A stretch of 64,000 nt of DNA, from assembly GCA_026396115.1 (NCBI GenBank), contig JAPLXL010000002.1, positions 69,142 through 133,141 of the forward strand, given 5' to 3'. Positions 37,395-48,015 of the stretch are shown here, one piece after another. The translations under genes and the position numbers were made by a program. This stretch comes from Candidatus Nealsonbacteria bacterium. GTDB taxonomy: Bacteria > Patescibacteriota > Minisyncoccia > Minisyncoccales > RBG-13-42-11. Below the pieces are notes generated by a model. That model had not been told where the DNA came from. It searched no databases and was given only the letters and a program-made list of their open reading frames with translations. Numbering within the stretch: position 1 is the stretch's first letter; each line of letters starts with the position of its first letter.

Positions 37395-38126
37395 ATGAAA
37401 ATATTTGTTGATTCAGCTGACACGGAAGAGGTTAAAAAATATCTTTCCTGGGGTCTTTGCGACGGGGTAACCACTAACCCCACTGTTTGTTTAAAATGCG
37501 GAGTTACCGGTGGCATGGAAGGGATTAAAAAGCGTTCTTTGGAAATTGCCAAATTAATTACTCCTCGGACGCTTAGTGTTGAAGTTACCAGTGAAAATCC
37601 GGAAGAGATTCTTGAACAAGCGAGAGATTATGCTAAATTAGCCGAAAATATTGCTGTTAAGGTAACTATTACTGATAGAGAGGGAAATAGTTTCTTGCCG
37701 GTCATCCGTCAATTAGTTAGTGAAGGAATAAGAGTTAATGTCACAGCGATGACTACTTTCAACCAGGCAATCTTCGCTGCTAAAGCAATTAGGGCAGGAA
37801 TGGAAGCAAATCCTGAAAAAGCCAAAATTTCTCATTTTATCAGTGTTTTTGGCGGAAGAATATCTGAGGAACAAGGAGTGGAGCGGACTTTCCAGGTTCT
37901 GAAAGATCTTCGAAATTGGCTTGATTTCCACCGGTTTAAAGGAATTGAAATTATTGTTGGTTCGGTAAGGACCCCGGAGAATGTTGAGTATTGGTCAAGA
38001 ACAGGTGCTCATATTTTGACCATTCCCCCCGAAGTAATTGCTAAATCTTTGCTCGGAGCAAGAACGAAGGAAACAGTGGCTCAATTTATAGAAGATGCCA
38101 AAAAATCAATGGAGGAATTGGGGTAG
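37395..38126 (+). CDS. tal: Transaldolase (TalC/FSA family)
   Basis: KIFVDSAD, GVTTNPT, Schiff-base Lys in AVKV, VNVT. Confidence 0.85.
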   Translation: MKIFVDSADTEEVKKYLSWGLCDGVTTNPTVCLKCGVTGGMEGIKKRSLEIAKLITPRTLSVEVTSENPEEILEQARDYAKLAENIAVKVTITDREGNSFLPVIRQLVSEGIRVNVTAMTTFNQAIFAAKAIRAGMEANPEKAKISHFISVFGGRISEEQGVERTFQVLKDLRNWLDFHRFKGIEIIVGSVRTPENVEYWSRTGAHILTIPPEVIAKSLLGARTKETVAQFIEDAKKSMEELG

Positions 38127-38165
38127 ACAGTATTTTCTGGGGCGTTTTAGTTAATTTAGACATTT

Positions 38166-38744
38166 ATGCCAAAGATCATTCTTTCTAAGAAGGGAAAAAT
38201 TTTAGAGTTTTCAATTGCCCTGTTTTTAATTTTGATAGGAGTTAGCCTAAGATTTCTTCCTCATCCTCCGAATTTCAGCCCTGTTATTGCTATTTCTTTA
38301 TTTGGAGGGGTTTATTTTTCAAAGAGGATAGCCTTTATTTTGCCGATTTTGATAATGTTAATCAGTGATATTTTTATTGGTTACTATGAAATTGGCTTGA
38401 TGGCTTCGGTTTATGGAAGTTTTGTCTTATGTGTATTTTTAGGCTCTTGGTTAAAAGAACATAAAAAATGGCAGACAATTTTGGGAAGCTCTATTTTATC
38501 CGCTCTTATATTTTTCATTTTGACAAATTTTGCTGTTTGGGCTTTTACTCCCTGGTATGCTAAAACTTTCTCTGGAATAATTCAGTGTTATCTAATGGCT
38601 TTGCCATTTTTCAAAAATACTCTGTTGGGAAATTTCTTTTACGTAGCTGTCCTATTTGGGACTTATGAAATAGCAGAAATTTGGATAAGAAAAAAGTTTA
38701 GAATAATTGAATCGTTACCTGCTTTTGTAAATGCAAAGATATGA
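38166..38744 (+). CDS. DUF6580-like membrane protein (putative ECF S-component-like transporter)
   Basis: RFLPHPPNFSPV, FFILTNFAVW, ALPFFKN motifs. Confidence 0.75.
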   Translation: MPKIILSKKGKILEFSIALFLILIGVSLRFLPHPPNFSPVIAISLFGGVYFSKRIAFILPILIMLISDIFIGYYEIGLMASVYGSFVLCVFLGSWLKEHKKWQTILGSSILSALIFFILTNFAVWAFTPWYAKTFSGIIQCYLMALPFFKNTLLGNFFYVAVLFGTYEIAEIWIRKKFRIIESLPAFVNAKI

Positions 38745-40339
38745 AAATTACTTTTATCTCGCTGATAGAAGATGTTTCTATACCGGGTTTACGTTTTTTG
38801 TCGGCTTTCATCAAACAGAAAGGCCATGAATCGGAGATTATTATGCTTCCAAGGTCTTATTCTGAGGGACTGAATGACTCTGTCTCTTTTTTATATCCTT
38901 ATCCTGATATTGTTCTTAAACAACTTGTGGAAAAATGCAGTCAGTCCGATTTGATTGGTATTTCCTTGATGTCTTGTCATTTTGATAACGCTGTTTATAT
39001 CACCCGTTATTTACGTAAACGGCTATCCTGTCCAATAATTTGGGGAGGAATTCATCCCACTATACGACCGTTGGAGTGCTTAGATCATGCCGATATGGTC
39101 TGTGTGGGAGAGTCCGAGTTGAGTCTCGACATGTTAATGGAAAGAATGTCTAATGGAGAATCTTGGAAGTCAATTTCTGTCCAAGGGATACTTAGACAAG
39201 GAGAAAAAAATGACCAATTTCTCCCAGGACCTATTTTGGAAGATTTAGAGAAATTGCCTCTGCCGGATTATGATTTAGAAGACCAGTTTCTTTTATATGA
39301 AAAAAACCGAATAGTTCAACTAGATAAAAATCTTTTAGTCCGCTGTCTTTATGGCTCCTATGTAACAACTCTTTCACGGGGCTGTCCCTATGCTTGTACT
39401 TATTGTTGCAATAACGCTTTGAATAAAATATACAAAAGAAAACTGCCTATCAGACACCGACTTGTTAAAGACATAATAGAGGAATTAGAAATGGCAAAAA
39501 GGTCCATACTAGGGTTGAGAGAGATAATTATAACAGATGATGCCTTTTTTGCTCAAACTCAAGAGAGAATAGAAGAGTTTTCTGAAGAATATAAGAGAAA
39601 AGTAGACCTGCCCCTTAAAGTTCTTACTACCCCTGTTACTTTTACATTATCTAAGGCAAGAGCATTAGTAAAAGCAGGGTTGTGTGCCACGGCAGTAGGC
39701 ATCCAGTCAGCCAGTTTACGAATCAGAGCCCTGTATAATCGGTCTGACACATTAGAGCAAGTATTAGCGGTTGGAGATGTCGTTAGCCAAGTGGCCGAAG
39801 AAACTAAAAAGAAAATAGATATTCGTTATGACTTTATTTTGGATAATCCTTGGGAGAATGAAGAAGACCTCAAAGATAGCATTCGTTTTGTTTTAAAACT
39901 AAAAAAACCCTTCAGTTTAATGTTGTTTTCATTAACATTTTATCCGGAAACAGTTCTTTATAAAAAAGCTCGTCAAGAAGGAATTATTTGGGATGACTTG
40001 AATCAGGTTTATAGAAAAAGTCAATTAGCTCCTAATCGCAGTTATTTCAATGCCCTATTGGCACTGGCCGGTTTAGGAATGTCAAAATTTCTAGTCGAAA
40101 GGTTGTTAAATACACATATCTCTAAAAAGCACTTAGTCGGTTCCTTATATTTTTTAGTTAGTTTATATACATTAAAGAAAGAGTTAAGAAGCGTTATAGT
40201 TAAAGGTTTTTTGCGCGGGGACTTTCAATGGGTATATACCGCATTTTTGATATTTCTTGGAAGAATAAAGCAAAAGTTCGTTTCAATGAGACATACCGAA
40301 CTGGTAAGATTTAAAGGAAAAGCAGGGGAAATTCAATAA
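38741..40339 (+). CDS. B12-binding-domain radical SAM protein
   Basis: IWGGIHPT, VCVGESE, SRGCPYACTYC. Confidence 0.9.
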   Translation: MKITFISLIEDVSIPGLRFLSAFIKQKGHESEIIMLPRSYSEGLNDSVSFLYPYPDIVLKQLVEKCSQSDLIGISLMSCHFDNAVYITRYLRKRLSCPIIWGGIHPTIRPLECLDHADMVCVGESELSLDMLMERMSNGESWKSISVQGILRQGEKNDQFLPGPILEDLEKLPLPDYDLEDQFLLYEKNRIVQLDKNLLVRCLYGSYVTTLSRGCPYACTYCCNNALNKIYKRKLPIRHRLVKDIIEELEMAKRSILGLREIIITDDAFFAQTQERIEEFSEEYKRKVDLPLKVLTTPVTFTLSKARALVKAGLCATAVGIQSASLRIRALYNRSDTLEQVLAVGDVVSQVAEETKKKIDIRYDFILDNPWENEEDLKDSIRFVLKLKKPFSLMLFSLTFYPETVLYKKARQEGIIWDDLNQVYRKSQLAPNRSYFNALLALAGLGMSKFLVERLLNTHISKKHLVGSLYFLVSLYTLKKELRSVIVKGFLRGDFQWVYTAFLIFLGRIKQKFVSMRHTELVRFKGKAGEIQ

Positions 40340-40347
40340 AATATAAA

Positions 40348-41271
40348 ATGAGATTATTAGATAAAATTAAAGGGCGATTGGAATTATATACAGGCCTAAT
40401 TAAACATAGGAAGGAAATAAAAGAACTATATCGTTCTTTTGACGAGATAACGAAGAAAGATTTTCTCTCGATATTAAAACTTAACTTAATCAGATCCTTG
40501 AAGCCGTATTTTTTATTTGAAGGAGAGAAAAAAGATTACAATTTTTACAGCTCTGAAGATAAAGCTCTTATCTTTGATAGTTACATTTTTAAACCAGCCG
40601 AAATAAAACAAAATTTCCAAAAGAATTCTTTTTTAGAAATAATTCGAGGGTATTCTGTTCTTGTTGAGGAAATTTTAATCACTAAGGCCTATGAAGATGA
40701 AGAAGTAAAGATTGAATCAAAAGATATTGTTTTGGATTGCGGTGCTAATATTGGCATATTTTCAATTTATGCGTCTAAAAAAGCAGAAATGGTTTATGCA
40801 TTTGAGCCGGGCAGGAATGAAATCACCTCATTACATGAGAATAAAACACTTAACAACTGTAATAATATAAAAATTATTCCTAAAGCAATATTAGATAATA
40901 GCAAAGGCGCAAGATTAGTTTTATGGGGGGTTGTAAGTAGTTATTTGGTCAGTAAAGAAAAAAAAGAAAATAAGGAAGAAACCGATGAAGAAGATGTCTT
41001 AGACATAGAAACTATTTCTATTGATGAGTTTGTTAAAAAAGAAGGTTTAGAGAAAGTAGATTTTATAAAAATGGATATTGAAGGTTCAGAAAGAAAAGCT
41101 CTTCTTGGTGCTAAAGAAACTTTAAAAAAGTTTAAACCAAAATTAGCATTATCTATTTACCATAAATTTAGTGATTTTTATAAACTTCCTCTTTTGATAA
41201 AAAGATTAAACCCGGATTATAAAATAAGGGTAAAAAATAAAAAGGGGACATTAATGACTTATGCTTATTAA
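40348..41271 (+). CDS. FkbM family methyltransferase
   Basis: LDCGANIG, AFEP, FIKMDIEGSE, LSIYH. Confidence 0.9.
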   Translation: MRLLDKIKGRLELYTGLIKHRKEIKELYRSFDEITKKDFLSILKLNLIRSLKPYFLFEGEKKDYNFYSSEDKALIFDSYIFKPAEIKQNFQKNSFLEIIRGYSVLVEEILITKAYEDEEVKIESKDIVLDCGANIGIFSIYASKKAEMVYAFEPGRNEITSLHENKTLNNCNNIKIIPKAILDNSKGARLVLWGVVSSYLVSKEKKENKEETDEEDVLDIETISIDEFVKKEGLEKVDFIKMDIEGSERKALLGAKETLKKFKPKLALSIYHKFSDFYKLPLLIKRLNPDYKIRVKNKKGTLMTYAY

Positions 41272-41304
41272 AAATTGGCGGTGTTGGAAAGATTAATAAT
41301 TATT

Positions 41305-42189
41305 ATGGACCAAAAACTAAATATAATTCCACCTTCAGTGAAAGCCGGAGAAAAAAACTGGTTGAAGAGGTGGATAAAAAATAACAAAAGTTTATATCCT
41401 CTCTTTTATAGGTTGTTACGGTGTAATCGTGATGTCTTTATATTGAGAAATTTTTGGATAAATACAGATACTCTCTTTAGCTCAGTTGAGATAGAAACTT
41501 GCTCTATTTGTAATAGAAAATGCCCTTTCTGTCCGGTTGCTTATGATAACAGCCAAAAAGTGATAATGTCCGATGAAATTTTTAATAAAATAATAACTGA
41601 ATTAAAAGAATTAAACTTCAAGGGTGAGATTGCTTTTGCCGGTTACGGTGAGCCATTACTAGATAAAAGATTAGAAGAATTTGTAAAGAGAATAAAAAAA
41701 GAATTAGGTTCTTCTGTTGAAATTGTTACAAACGGTGATTTTTTGACTTACGAAAGATTTAAACAGCTTATTTCTGCAGGTGCGGATACTTTTCGCTTAA
41801 GCCAGCACGATAAGGAACCTTCAGAACAAATTAAAGAATTTTTTAGTAATGTTCAAAAAAATGAACTAAAATATATAATATTTCAAACAGCAACCGAAGG
41901 TTCAATAACATTCACTAATCGTGGTGGATCAGTGAAGATGAAAACTTTACATCCCTTTTATTGTGCTCCTATGCATTTAATTATTAGAGCTGACGGGAGT
42001 GTTCCACTTTGTTGTAATGATTATTACGAAGAAGTGAAATTGGGAAACGTAACCAAGCAAAGAATAATTGATATCTGGAACAAACCCTTTTATAGAGAAA
42101 TTAGGAATGAAATAAAAAGAGGCATTTTCAACCTTGAAATTTGTAAAAAATGCTTAGACCTTAAACCGTTTGAAGATAGAAATATTTAG
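41305..42189 (+). CDS. Radical SAM/SPASM protein
   Basis: CNRKCPFC, GEPLLD, C-terminal DGSVPLCC..CKKC. Confidence 0.9.
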   Translation: MDQKLNIIPPSVKAGEKNWLKRWIKNNKSLYPLFYRLLRCNRDVFILRNFWINTDTLFSSVEIETCSICNRKCPFCPVAYDNSQKVIMSDEIFNKIITELKELNFKGEIAFAGYGEPLLDKRLEEFVKRIKKELGSSVEIVTNGDFLTYERFKQLISAGADTFRLSQHDKEPSEQIKEFFSNVQKNELKYIIFQTATEGSITFTNRGGSVKMKTLHPFYCAPMHLIIRADGSVPLCCNDYYEEVKLGNVTKQRIIDIWNKPFYREIRNEIKRGIFNLEICKKCLDLKPFEDRNI

Positions 42190-42245
42190 TAGTTTAGAGA
42201 TAAAATTAGTAATTTTTATAATTTATAAATTTATTAAAATAAAAA

Positions 42246-43118
42246 ATGGATATTTACAAAAAACTACTTAAAAATCGTTTTGGTGATATAAAATATTTTT
42301 TTTGGTTATTTAAAAATTGGTATAATCTAAAAAGAGATAACTATTCTTTAACGTCATTTTTAAAGTATTGGATTCTATATTTTTTCCCTCGTTTTTTTTA
42401 TGGTAGAAGCAAATCCATTGATATCTCTAAAAATATTATTTCGCGTTTTAAAAATAATAATCTTATAATTCCCTTACCAATTAAAAATAAACCATATTAT
42501 TATATAGGACTTAGAGATGCAGGTGACTTTTATATGTTTCGTGAAGTTTGCGTAGATGATGATTATAATGTATCTCAAATAAAAGTAGGGATGGTTATTG
42601 TAGATGCCGGAGCTCATATTGGGACATTCACTCTCTTGGCGAGTAAAATGGTTGGTGAACAAGGAAAAGTTATTGCCATTGAACCTGAACAAGATAGTTT
42701 TCTGCAATTAACTAAAAATTTAGAAATAAATAAAATAAAAAATGTAATCCCTATAAACATTGGTTTAAGTGATTTCAATGGTAATAAAGATTTTTTTGTC
42801 GATAAAGAATCAGCTTGTAGTTCTTTTATTTTAAATTCTGATCGGCAGATTATAAGTAAACCCAGTATTAAGGTAAAAACCCTAGATAGTGTTCTTCAAG
42901 AAATAAATATTGATAAAGTCGATTTTCTTAAAATTGATACAGAGGGCGCGGAACTGGAAATTTTAAAAGGAGCAAAGCAAACTATAATTGAGAATCCTGA
43001 AATAAAAATGGTAATTGCATCTTATCATTATCCGAAAGAGAAAGAAGAAGTATTTCAATATTTAAAAAGTTTGAAATTCTCTCCAAAAATTTTAGGAGAC
43101 TTAATAATAATACAATAA
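42246..43118 (+). CDS. FkbM family methyltransferase
   Basis: VDAGAHIG, AIEP, LKIDTEGAE. Confidence 0.9.
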   Translation: MDIYKKLLKNRFGDIKYFFWLFKNWYNLKRDNYSLTSFLKYWILYFFPRFFYGRSKSIDISKNIISRFKNNNLIIPLPIKNKPYYYIGLRDAGDFYMFREVCVDDDYNVSQIKVGMVIVDAGAHIGTFTLLASKMVGEQGKVIAIEPEQDSFLQLTKNLEINKIKNVIPINIGLSDFNGNKDFFVDKESACSSFILNSDRQIISKPSIKVKTLDSVLQEINIDKVDFLKIDTEGAELEILKGAKQTIIENPEIKMVIASYHYPKEKEEVFQYLKSLKFSPKILGDLIIIQ

Positions 43119-43134
43119 TAATGATCAGTAAGAC

Positions 43135-44073
43135 ATGAGAGAGCATATGAATAAATTATTGCCGGAAATTAGTATAATTATTCCTACCTATAAACGTTCT
43201 CATTTAATAGGACGAGCTATTCAAAGTGTTTTAAATCAAACTTACCAAAATTTTGAAATTGTAATAATTGATGACAGTCCAAATGATGATACCGAAAAAA
43301 CTATAAAAAAGTTTAATGATAAAAGGATAAAATATGTCAGAAATAAAATTAGAAGAGGATTTATTGGTGCAAAAAATCAAGGGGTTAAAGAGTCTAATCC
43401 GAGTTCAAAATACATTGCTTTTCTTGACGATGATGATGAGTGGCTGCCACAATTTTTAGAAAAAACAATAAGAGTACTGGAAGAAAAAAAAGATATTGCA
43501 ACTGTTAGTAGCTATGCTGAATTGAGGAGTCAAGACGGGAAATTTATCAGAAAAATGACTGGTGAGAGTAATGAGTTTTGGAAAGTAAGGGTCGGAAATG
43601 GCTCTGTTATAAGAAAAGAGATATTTGAAAAGGAAAATATCTGGTTTGATGAAAAAATACTATTTGAAGATTTGGATTTCGGAATTAGAATGGCCAAAAA
43701 CCATAAATGGGAATGTATACCGGAGGCATTACGGATATATTATGGTTATCCGGCAGTGATAGGAGAATCACATTCAACATCTTTCACACAAGAAACACCG
43801 TCGGAAGAATTAGAATATTTTTATAAGAAAAACTACGAGATTTATAAAAAAGCTGGGAAAAAGGCATTAGCATGGATTCATTTTATTATTGGAAAAACTT
43901 TTTGTAGAGCAGGAAAAATAAAAGAAGGAAGGACTCATCTCTTAAAAGCTCTTAAGATTTATCCACGACCAGAATATCTTTTTTATTATCTTCTAGCTCT
44001 GTTTTTTCCAAAAGCTTTTAAAAACCTTTCTTTGATAATTTTAAAACAAAAAATTTTTCGGGGGAAACTTTAA
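43135..44073 (+). CDS. Glycosyltransferase family 2
   Basis: SIIIPTYKR, FLDDDD. Confidence 0.9.
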   Translation: MREHMNKLLPEISIIIPTYKRSHLIGRAIQSVLNQTYQNFEIVIIDDSPNDDTEKTIKKFNDKRIKYVRNKIRRGFIGAKNQGVKESNPSSKYIAFLDDDDEWLPQFLEKTIRVLEEKKDIATVSSYAELRSQDGKFIRKMTGESNEFWKVRVGNGSVIRKEIFEKENIWFDEKILFEDLDFGIRMAKNHKWECIPEALRIYYGYPAVIGESHSTSFTQETPSEELEYFYKKNYEIYKKAGKKALAWIHFIIGKTFCRAGKIKEGRTHLLKALKIYPRPEYLFYYLLALFFPKAFKNLSLIILKQKIFRGKL

Positions 44074-44092
44074 TTTTAAAAAGTTTTTTATA

Positions 44093-44845
44093 ATGATTCA
44101 AAAAAGTGATAACAAACAGTATTTTTTAGAAACTCAACGATTTTACAACCGCTTATTTGAAGATGACGACCATTATGGAATTAAGGAGTACTGGCACGGC
44201 TGGGCCGGTAATTTGCATAGATATAAAGTTAAATTATTAAGAGATATTTTTATTAATACCCTGAAATGTCAAAAGAATACTCAGATATTAGACATTGGTT
44301 CCGGTATTTCACCATTCAGAGAAATCTTTAGGCCAGAAGAATGTCCTCAAATAACAGCCTTTGATATCTCAACTGTCCTTATCCAGAAAGCAAAGAAAAT
44401 TTGCCCTTATATAAAATCAATAGTAGATGATGCTCAGAATCCAAAAATTGAGGGGAAATGGGATATATTATTTGCTGGTGAAATAATTGAACATTTACCG
44501 CGCCCCAAGGAAGCTCTTCTAAAATGGAATGATTTGGTAAAAAAAGGAGGTTGGTTGGTAATCTCCACACCAAATCGCCACTTTAGCCGAAAAACCAAAG
44601 AGCATATTTCTCTTCTAACCATAAGCGAAATGAAAAAGATGCTTGGTCAGTTAAATTTTAAGATAGTAGAGATAATTGGTGTTGATGTATTTATTCCTTT
44701 CTTGGACCGTTTTTTACATAAACTTGCCAAATATCTGCCGAAGATTTCACCAGTATCTGATAGAATATTCCAAATAAAAATAGGGTTAACTTTTCGATTA
44801 CCTTGGTTAGCCCGTGACATAGTCTATATTGCAAAAAAACGTTGA
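44093..44845 (+). CDS. Class I SAM-dependent methyltransferase
   Basis: ILDIGSG, EIIEHL, GGWLVISTPN. Confidence 0.88.
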   Translation: MIQKSDNKQYFLETQRFYNRLFEDDDHYGIKEYWHGWAGNLHRYKVKLLRDIFINTLKCQKNTQILDIGSGISPFREIFRPEECPQITAFDISTVLIQKAKKICPYIKSIVDDAQNPKIEGKWDILFAGEIIEHLPRPKEALLKWNDLVKKGGWLVISTPNRHFSRKTKEHISLLTISEMKKMLGQLNFKIVEIIGVDVFIPFLDRFLHKLAKYLPKISPVSDRIFQIKIGLTFRLPWLARDIVYIAKKR

Positions 44846-44890
44846 GACCTGAAAAATACCAATAAATAAATTATAAAGTAAACAACGCTT

Positions 44891-45802
44891 ATGTATAACC
44901 AAAAAAATAATTTTATTAGACCCCATAAGAAGGCAAAGAGCATGCGAAAAATATTGTTTTCAATGTATAAAAAAATTTTTAATCTCCTTCGTGGGCATAA
45001 ACTCAAATTATTTTATCCCGTTAGAATTGTTAATAATTTTATATTCTCTCTCTTGAAACCAGATTTTACCAATGTTCAAGGACATAAAATGTTTTTAGAT
45101 TCAAAAGATTCTCTTGAGCTTTCTGTTAAAGAAGTTTATGAGTCACTTCAAACAGAATTAGCCAAAAAAGAAATTAAAAAGGGAGATGTCGTTTTAGATA
45201 TTGGAGCAAATATTGGATATTTTACCTTAATTTTCGCAAAACTTGTTGGCGAAAATGGTAAAGTTTTTGCTTTTGAGCCAGATCCAGGCAATTTTTCATT
45301 ACTTGAAAAGAATGTAAAAATAAATAACTATCAAAACGTGACTTTAATTCAAAAAGCAGTTTCAAATAAAACTGGAAAAGCTAAATTGTATATATGGAAA
45401 AACACTCTAGGCCCTAAAATATACGATTCACCCGATAGCCATCAATATATCGAAATTGAATCTATAAGGTTAGATGATTATTTCAAGAATTATAATGGAA
45501 AGATCGATTTTATCAAAATGGATATAGAGGGAGCTGAAGGGGGAGCGACACAAGGAATGACCTCACTTTTACAGCAAAATAAAAACATAAAAATTATTTC
45601 AGAATTTTGGCCTGCTGGACTCGAAGAATTTGGTGTGGGACCTGAAGAATATCTAAAATTACTCATTGGGCAAGGTTTCAAATTGTATAACCTCAATCAG
45701 CAAAAAAAGAAAATAGAACAGGTTAATATTACTGAATTATTAGAGATATGTCCTAAAAAAGAAAAAGCTACAAATCTATTCTTGACAAAAAATAATAAAT
45801 AA
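44891..45802 (+). CDS. FkbM family methyltransferase
   Basis: LDIGANIGY, AFEP, IKMDIEGAE, EFWP. Confidence 0.9.
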   Translation: MYNQKNNFIRPHKKAKSMRKILFSMYKKIFNLLRGHKLKLFYPVRIVNNFIFSLLKPDFTNVQGHKMFLDSKDSLELSVKEVYESLQTELAKKEIKKGDVVLDIGANIGYFTLIFAKLVGENGKVFAFEPDPGNFSLLEKNVKINNYQNVTLIQKAVSNKTGKAKLYIWKNTLGPKIYDSPDSHQYIEIESIRLDDYFKNYNGKIDFIKMDIEGAEGGATQGMTSLLQQNKNIKIISEFWPAGLEEFGVGPEEYLKLLIGQGFKLYNLNQQKKKIEQVNITELLEICPKKEKATNLFLTKNNK

Positions 45803-45811
45803 TAAAAAGAC

Positions 45812-46906
45812 ATGGTAGAAAATTTAAATCAATCAGAAATCAAATTAGGAGCCCATTATTACCTCTGGTATGGAAGACCCACCTTTCCTCTTTTAGGCGG
45901 GGGAGTATGGAAATCAGGTTATAAGCATCAGCCACTTTTGGGTGAATATAACAGTCGAGACCCCCAAGTAATCAACCAGCATATTAATTGGGCAGAGGAG
46001 GCAGGAATTGATTTTTTCGTTATCAGCTGGAACGATTCTGGTAGCTGGGACGATATTACTTTAAAAGATTATTATCTAAAGCAGTCGCAGGCCTCGGAAA
46101 TAAAATTCTGTCTTCACTATGACAGTTCTTTAGCCCTGAACGTCTTTAGAAATCCGGTTTCTTACGATTTTAATGATAAATACTCTCCCTTTAAAACTAA
46201 GGGAGAAAAATTTCTGGAGGATTTTGAATATCTTGCCGAGACCTATTTTAATCACTCCCAGTACTTAAAAATAAACAATCGCCCCTTGGTGATAATTTAC
46301 AATACTTCTCTCTTTAAAAATGTTTCCCATTACTTTGATAAATTGCAGGCTAATATGGAAAAAAGAGGAATTTCACTCTTTTTGGTTGCCGATGTAGTTC
46401 ATTGGGCTGGTGTTAAATTAACTAAAAAAAACCTGTCGTATCTTTGGGAAATGCCGCCAAAGGAGGTAATAAAAATTTTTTTTCGAGTAATGCACCGTTT
46501 TTCTTTAAATAATTTAGAAGAGGATGTTTTTTTGAGTAAATACTTTGATGGTATTACTGGATATAATATGTATTCAATCAATCGGACAGTAAATTTTCTT
46601 GAAGATGTAGATGAGGTATATCAAAAATTTTTTAGTTATACGCGTTCTCATAAGCTCTGCTTTATTCCTACCGTTATACCGGGTTATGATGATAGAAATC
46701 TCAGCGGGTTAAATCGTCCGATTTTGGAAAGAGAAGAAGGTAAATTTTATGAGGATTTTTGGGCGATAGCAAAAAAATACCTTGATCCTTCCCTTAAAAT
46801 GGTCTTAATCACCACTTTTAACGAGTGGCATGAGGGGACAGAAATTGAACCTTCTAAGGAATATAGTAATAGGTATCTTGAAATTACTAGGTTGTTAAAA
46901 AATTAA
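45812..46906 (+). CDS. Glycoside hydrolase family 99-like protein
   Basis: PLLGEYNSRD, PGYDD, TFNEWHEGTEIEP. Confidence 0.8.
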   Translation: MVENLNQSEIKLGAHYYLWYGRPTFPLLGGGVWKSGYKHQPLLGEYNSRDPQVINQHINWAEEAGIDFFVISWNDSGSWDDITLKDYYLKQSQASEIKFCLHYDSSLALNVFRNPVSYDFNDKYSPFKTKGEKFLEDFEYLAETYFNHSQYLKINNRPLVIIYNTSLFKNVSHYFDKLQANMEKRGISLFLVADVVHWAGVKLTKKNLSYLWEMPPKEVIKIFFRVMHRFSLNNLEEDVFLSKYFDGITGYNMYSINRTVNFLEDVDEVYQKFFSYTRSHKLCFIPTVIPGYDDRNLSGLNRPILEREEGKFYEDFWAIAKKYLDPSLKMVLITTFNEWHEGTEIEPSKEYSNRYLEITRLLKN

Positions 46907-46958
46907 AGGTTAAATAAGCCAGTTGAAATACTGGTTAAATCATAATATCATTTGAAAT

Positions 46959-47957
46959 ATGGCTAATATTTTTTCTAAAGTTAAAAGGGCAACAATGATG
47001 CACGTCAACCCAGAACTTTGTCGGCCCAAAGCGGCTCGTTTAATCATTACTACTAATTGTCAGTTTCGCTGTCAAATTTGTACTTTTTGGCGTGAAAAAC
47101 CTCTAGATGCAAGTTTGGAAACCATAAAATACTGGATTAAAGAACTAGCCGATTTCGGAATCAAAGAAATTGATTTGGGCGGCGGAGAACCGCTTTTAAG
47201 GAAAGATTTGCCAGAGATTATTGAAGAAGTTAAATCCTACGGAATAAAATGCGGTCTGACGACTAATGGTTGGTTAGTGAGCCAGATTCCTTTTCCATCC
47301 CTTGATTATATTGATATTTCAATTGATGGGGCTAAACCAGAAACCCACGATAAGATTCGGGGGGTAAAAGGTGCTTGGGAAAGAGCAATCAAAGCGGCAG
47401 AAATTGCCAAAAAACACTGTCCCACCCGTTTGAATTTTGTTTTACAGACAGATAATTATCTTGAATTGGTTGATTTTTGCCACTTGGCAAGGAAATTGGG
47501 AGTAAGCGTTGGTGTGATACCGGTTAGTTTGAAGCTGGCTGCCCAACCTTGGATTTCAAATCATTTGAGTCAATACGATATTCCTCTTTTGAAGCGTCAG
47601 ATCACTCAAGCCTTGGAAACAGGAGTTATTGTAAATAATAAAGAATTTTTAAAAATATTCCTGACTAAAGTAGAAAAAGGGCCTTTTCCTCAAAAATGTC
47701 TGGCTCCTTTTTACTGCGTATTGATTTTTACCAACGGCGATGTTTATCCCTGTGGGAATTTCGATGTACCGGTTGGCAATCTTTCAATAGGAAAGAGTTT
47801 TGAAGATATTTATCAAAATTACGAAAATATGCGAAAAGAAATTCAATCGGGTTCTCACCAGTTTTGTAACCAGTGTGTTTACTCTGACATTGCTACCCGG
47901 GGAACGATTCGTTCAAACATTATTCCTTTCCTCAAAAAAAGTCTGAAGAAAAAGTAG
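46959..47957 (+). CDS. Radical SAM/SPASM protein
   Basis: CQFRCQIC, GGEPLL, GDVYPC..CNQC. Confidence 0.9.
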   Translation: MANIFSKVKRATMMHVNPELCRPKAARLIITTNCQFRCQICTFWREKPLDASLETIKYWIKELADFGIKEIDLGGGEPLLRKDLPEIIEEVKSYGIKCGLTTNGWLVSQIPFPSLDYIDISIDGAKPETHDKIRGVKGAWERAIKAAEIAKKHCPTRLNFVLQTDNYLELVDFCHLARKLGVSVGVIPVSLKLAAQPWISNHLSQYDIPLLKRQITQALETGVIVNNKEFLKIFLTKVEKGPFPQKCLAPFYCVLIFTNGDVYPCGNFDVPVGNLSIGKSFEDIYQNYENMRKEIQSGSHQFCNQCVYSDIATRGTIRSNIIPFLKKSLKKK

Positions 47958-48015
47958 TTATATATTTTAATAATTTTCCCCCGGAGATATAAAAGTCAAT
48001 TTGGTATTTTAAGTA

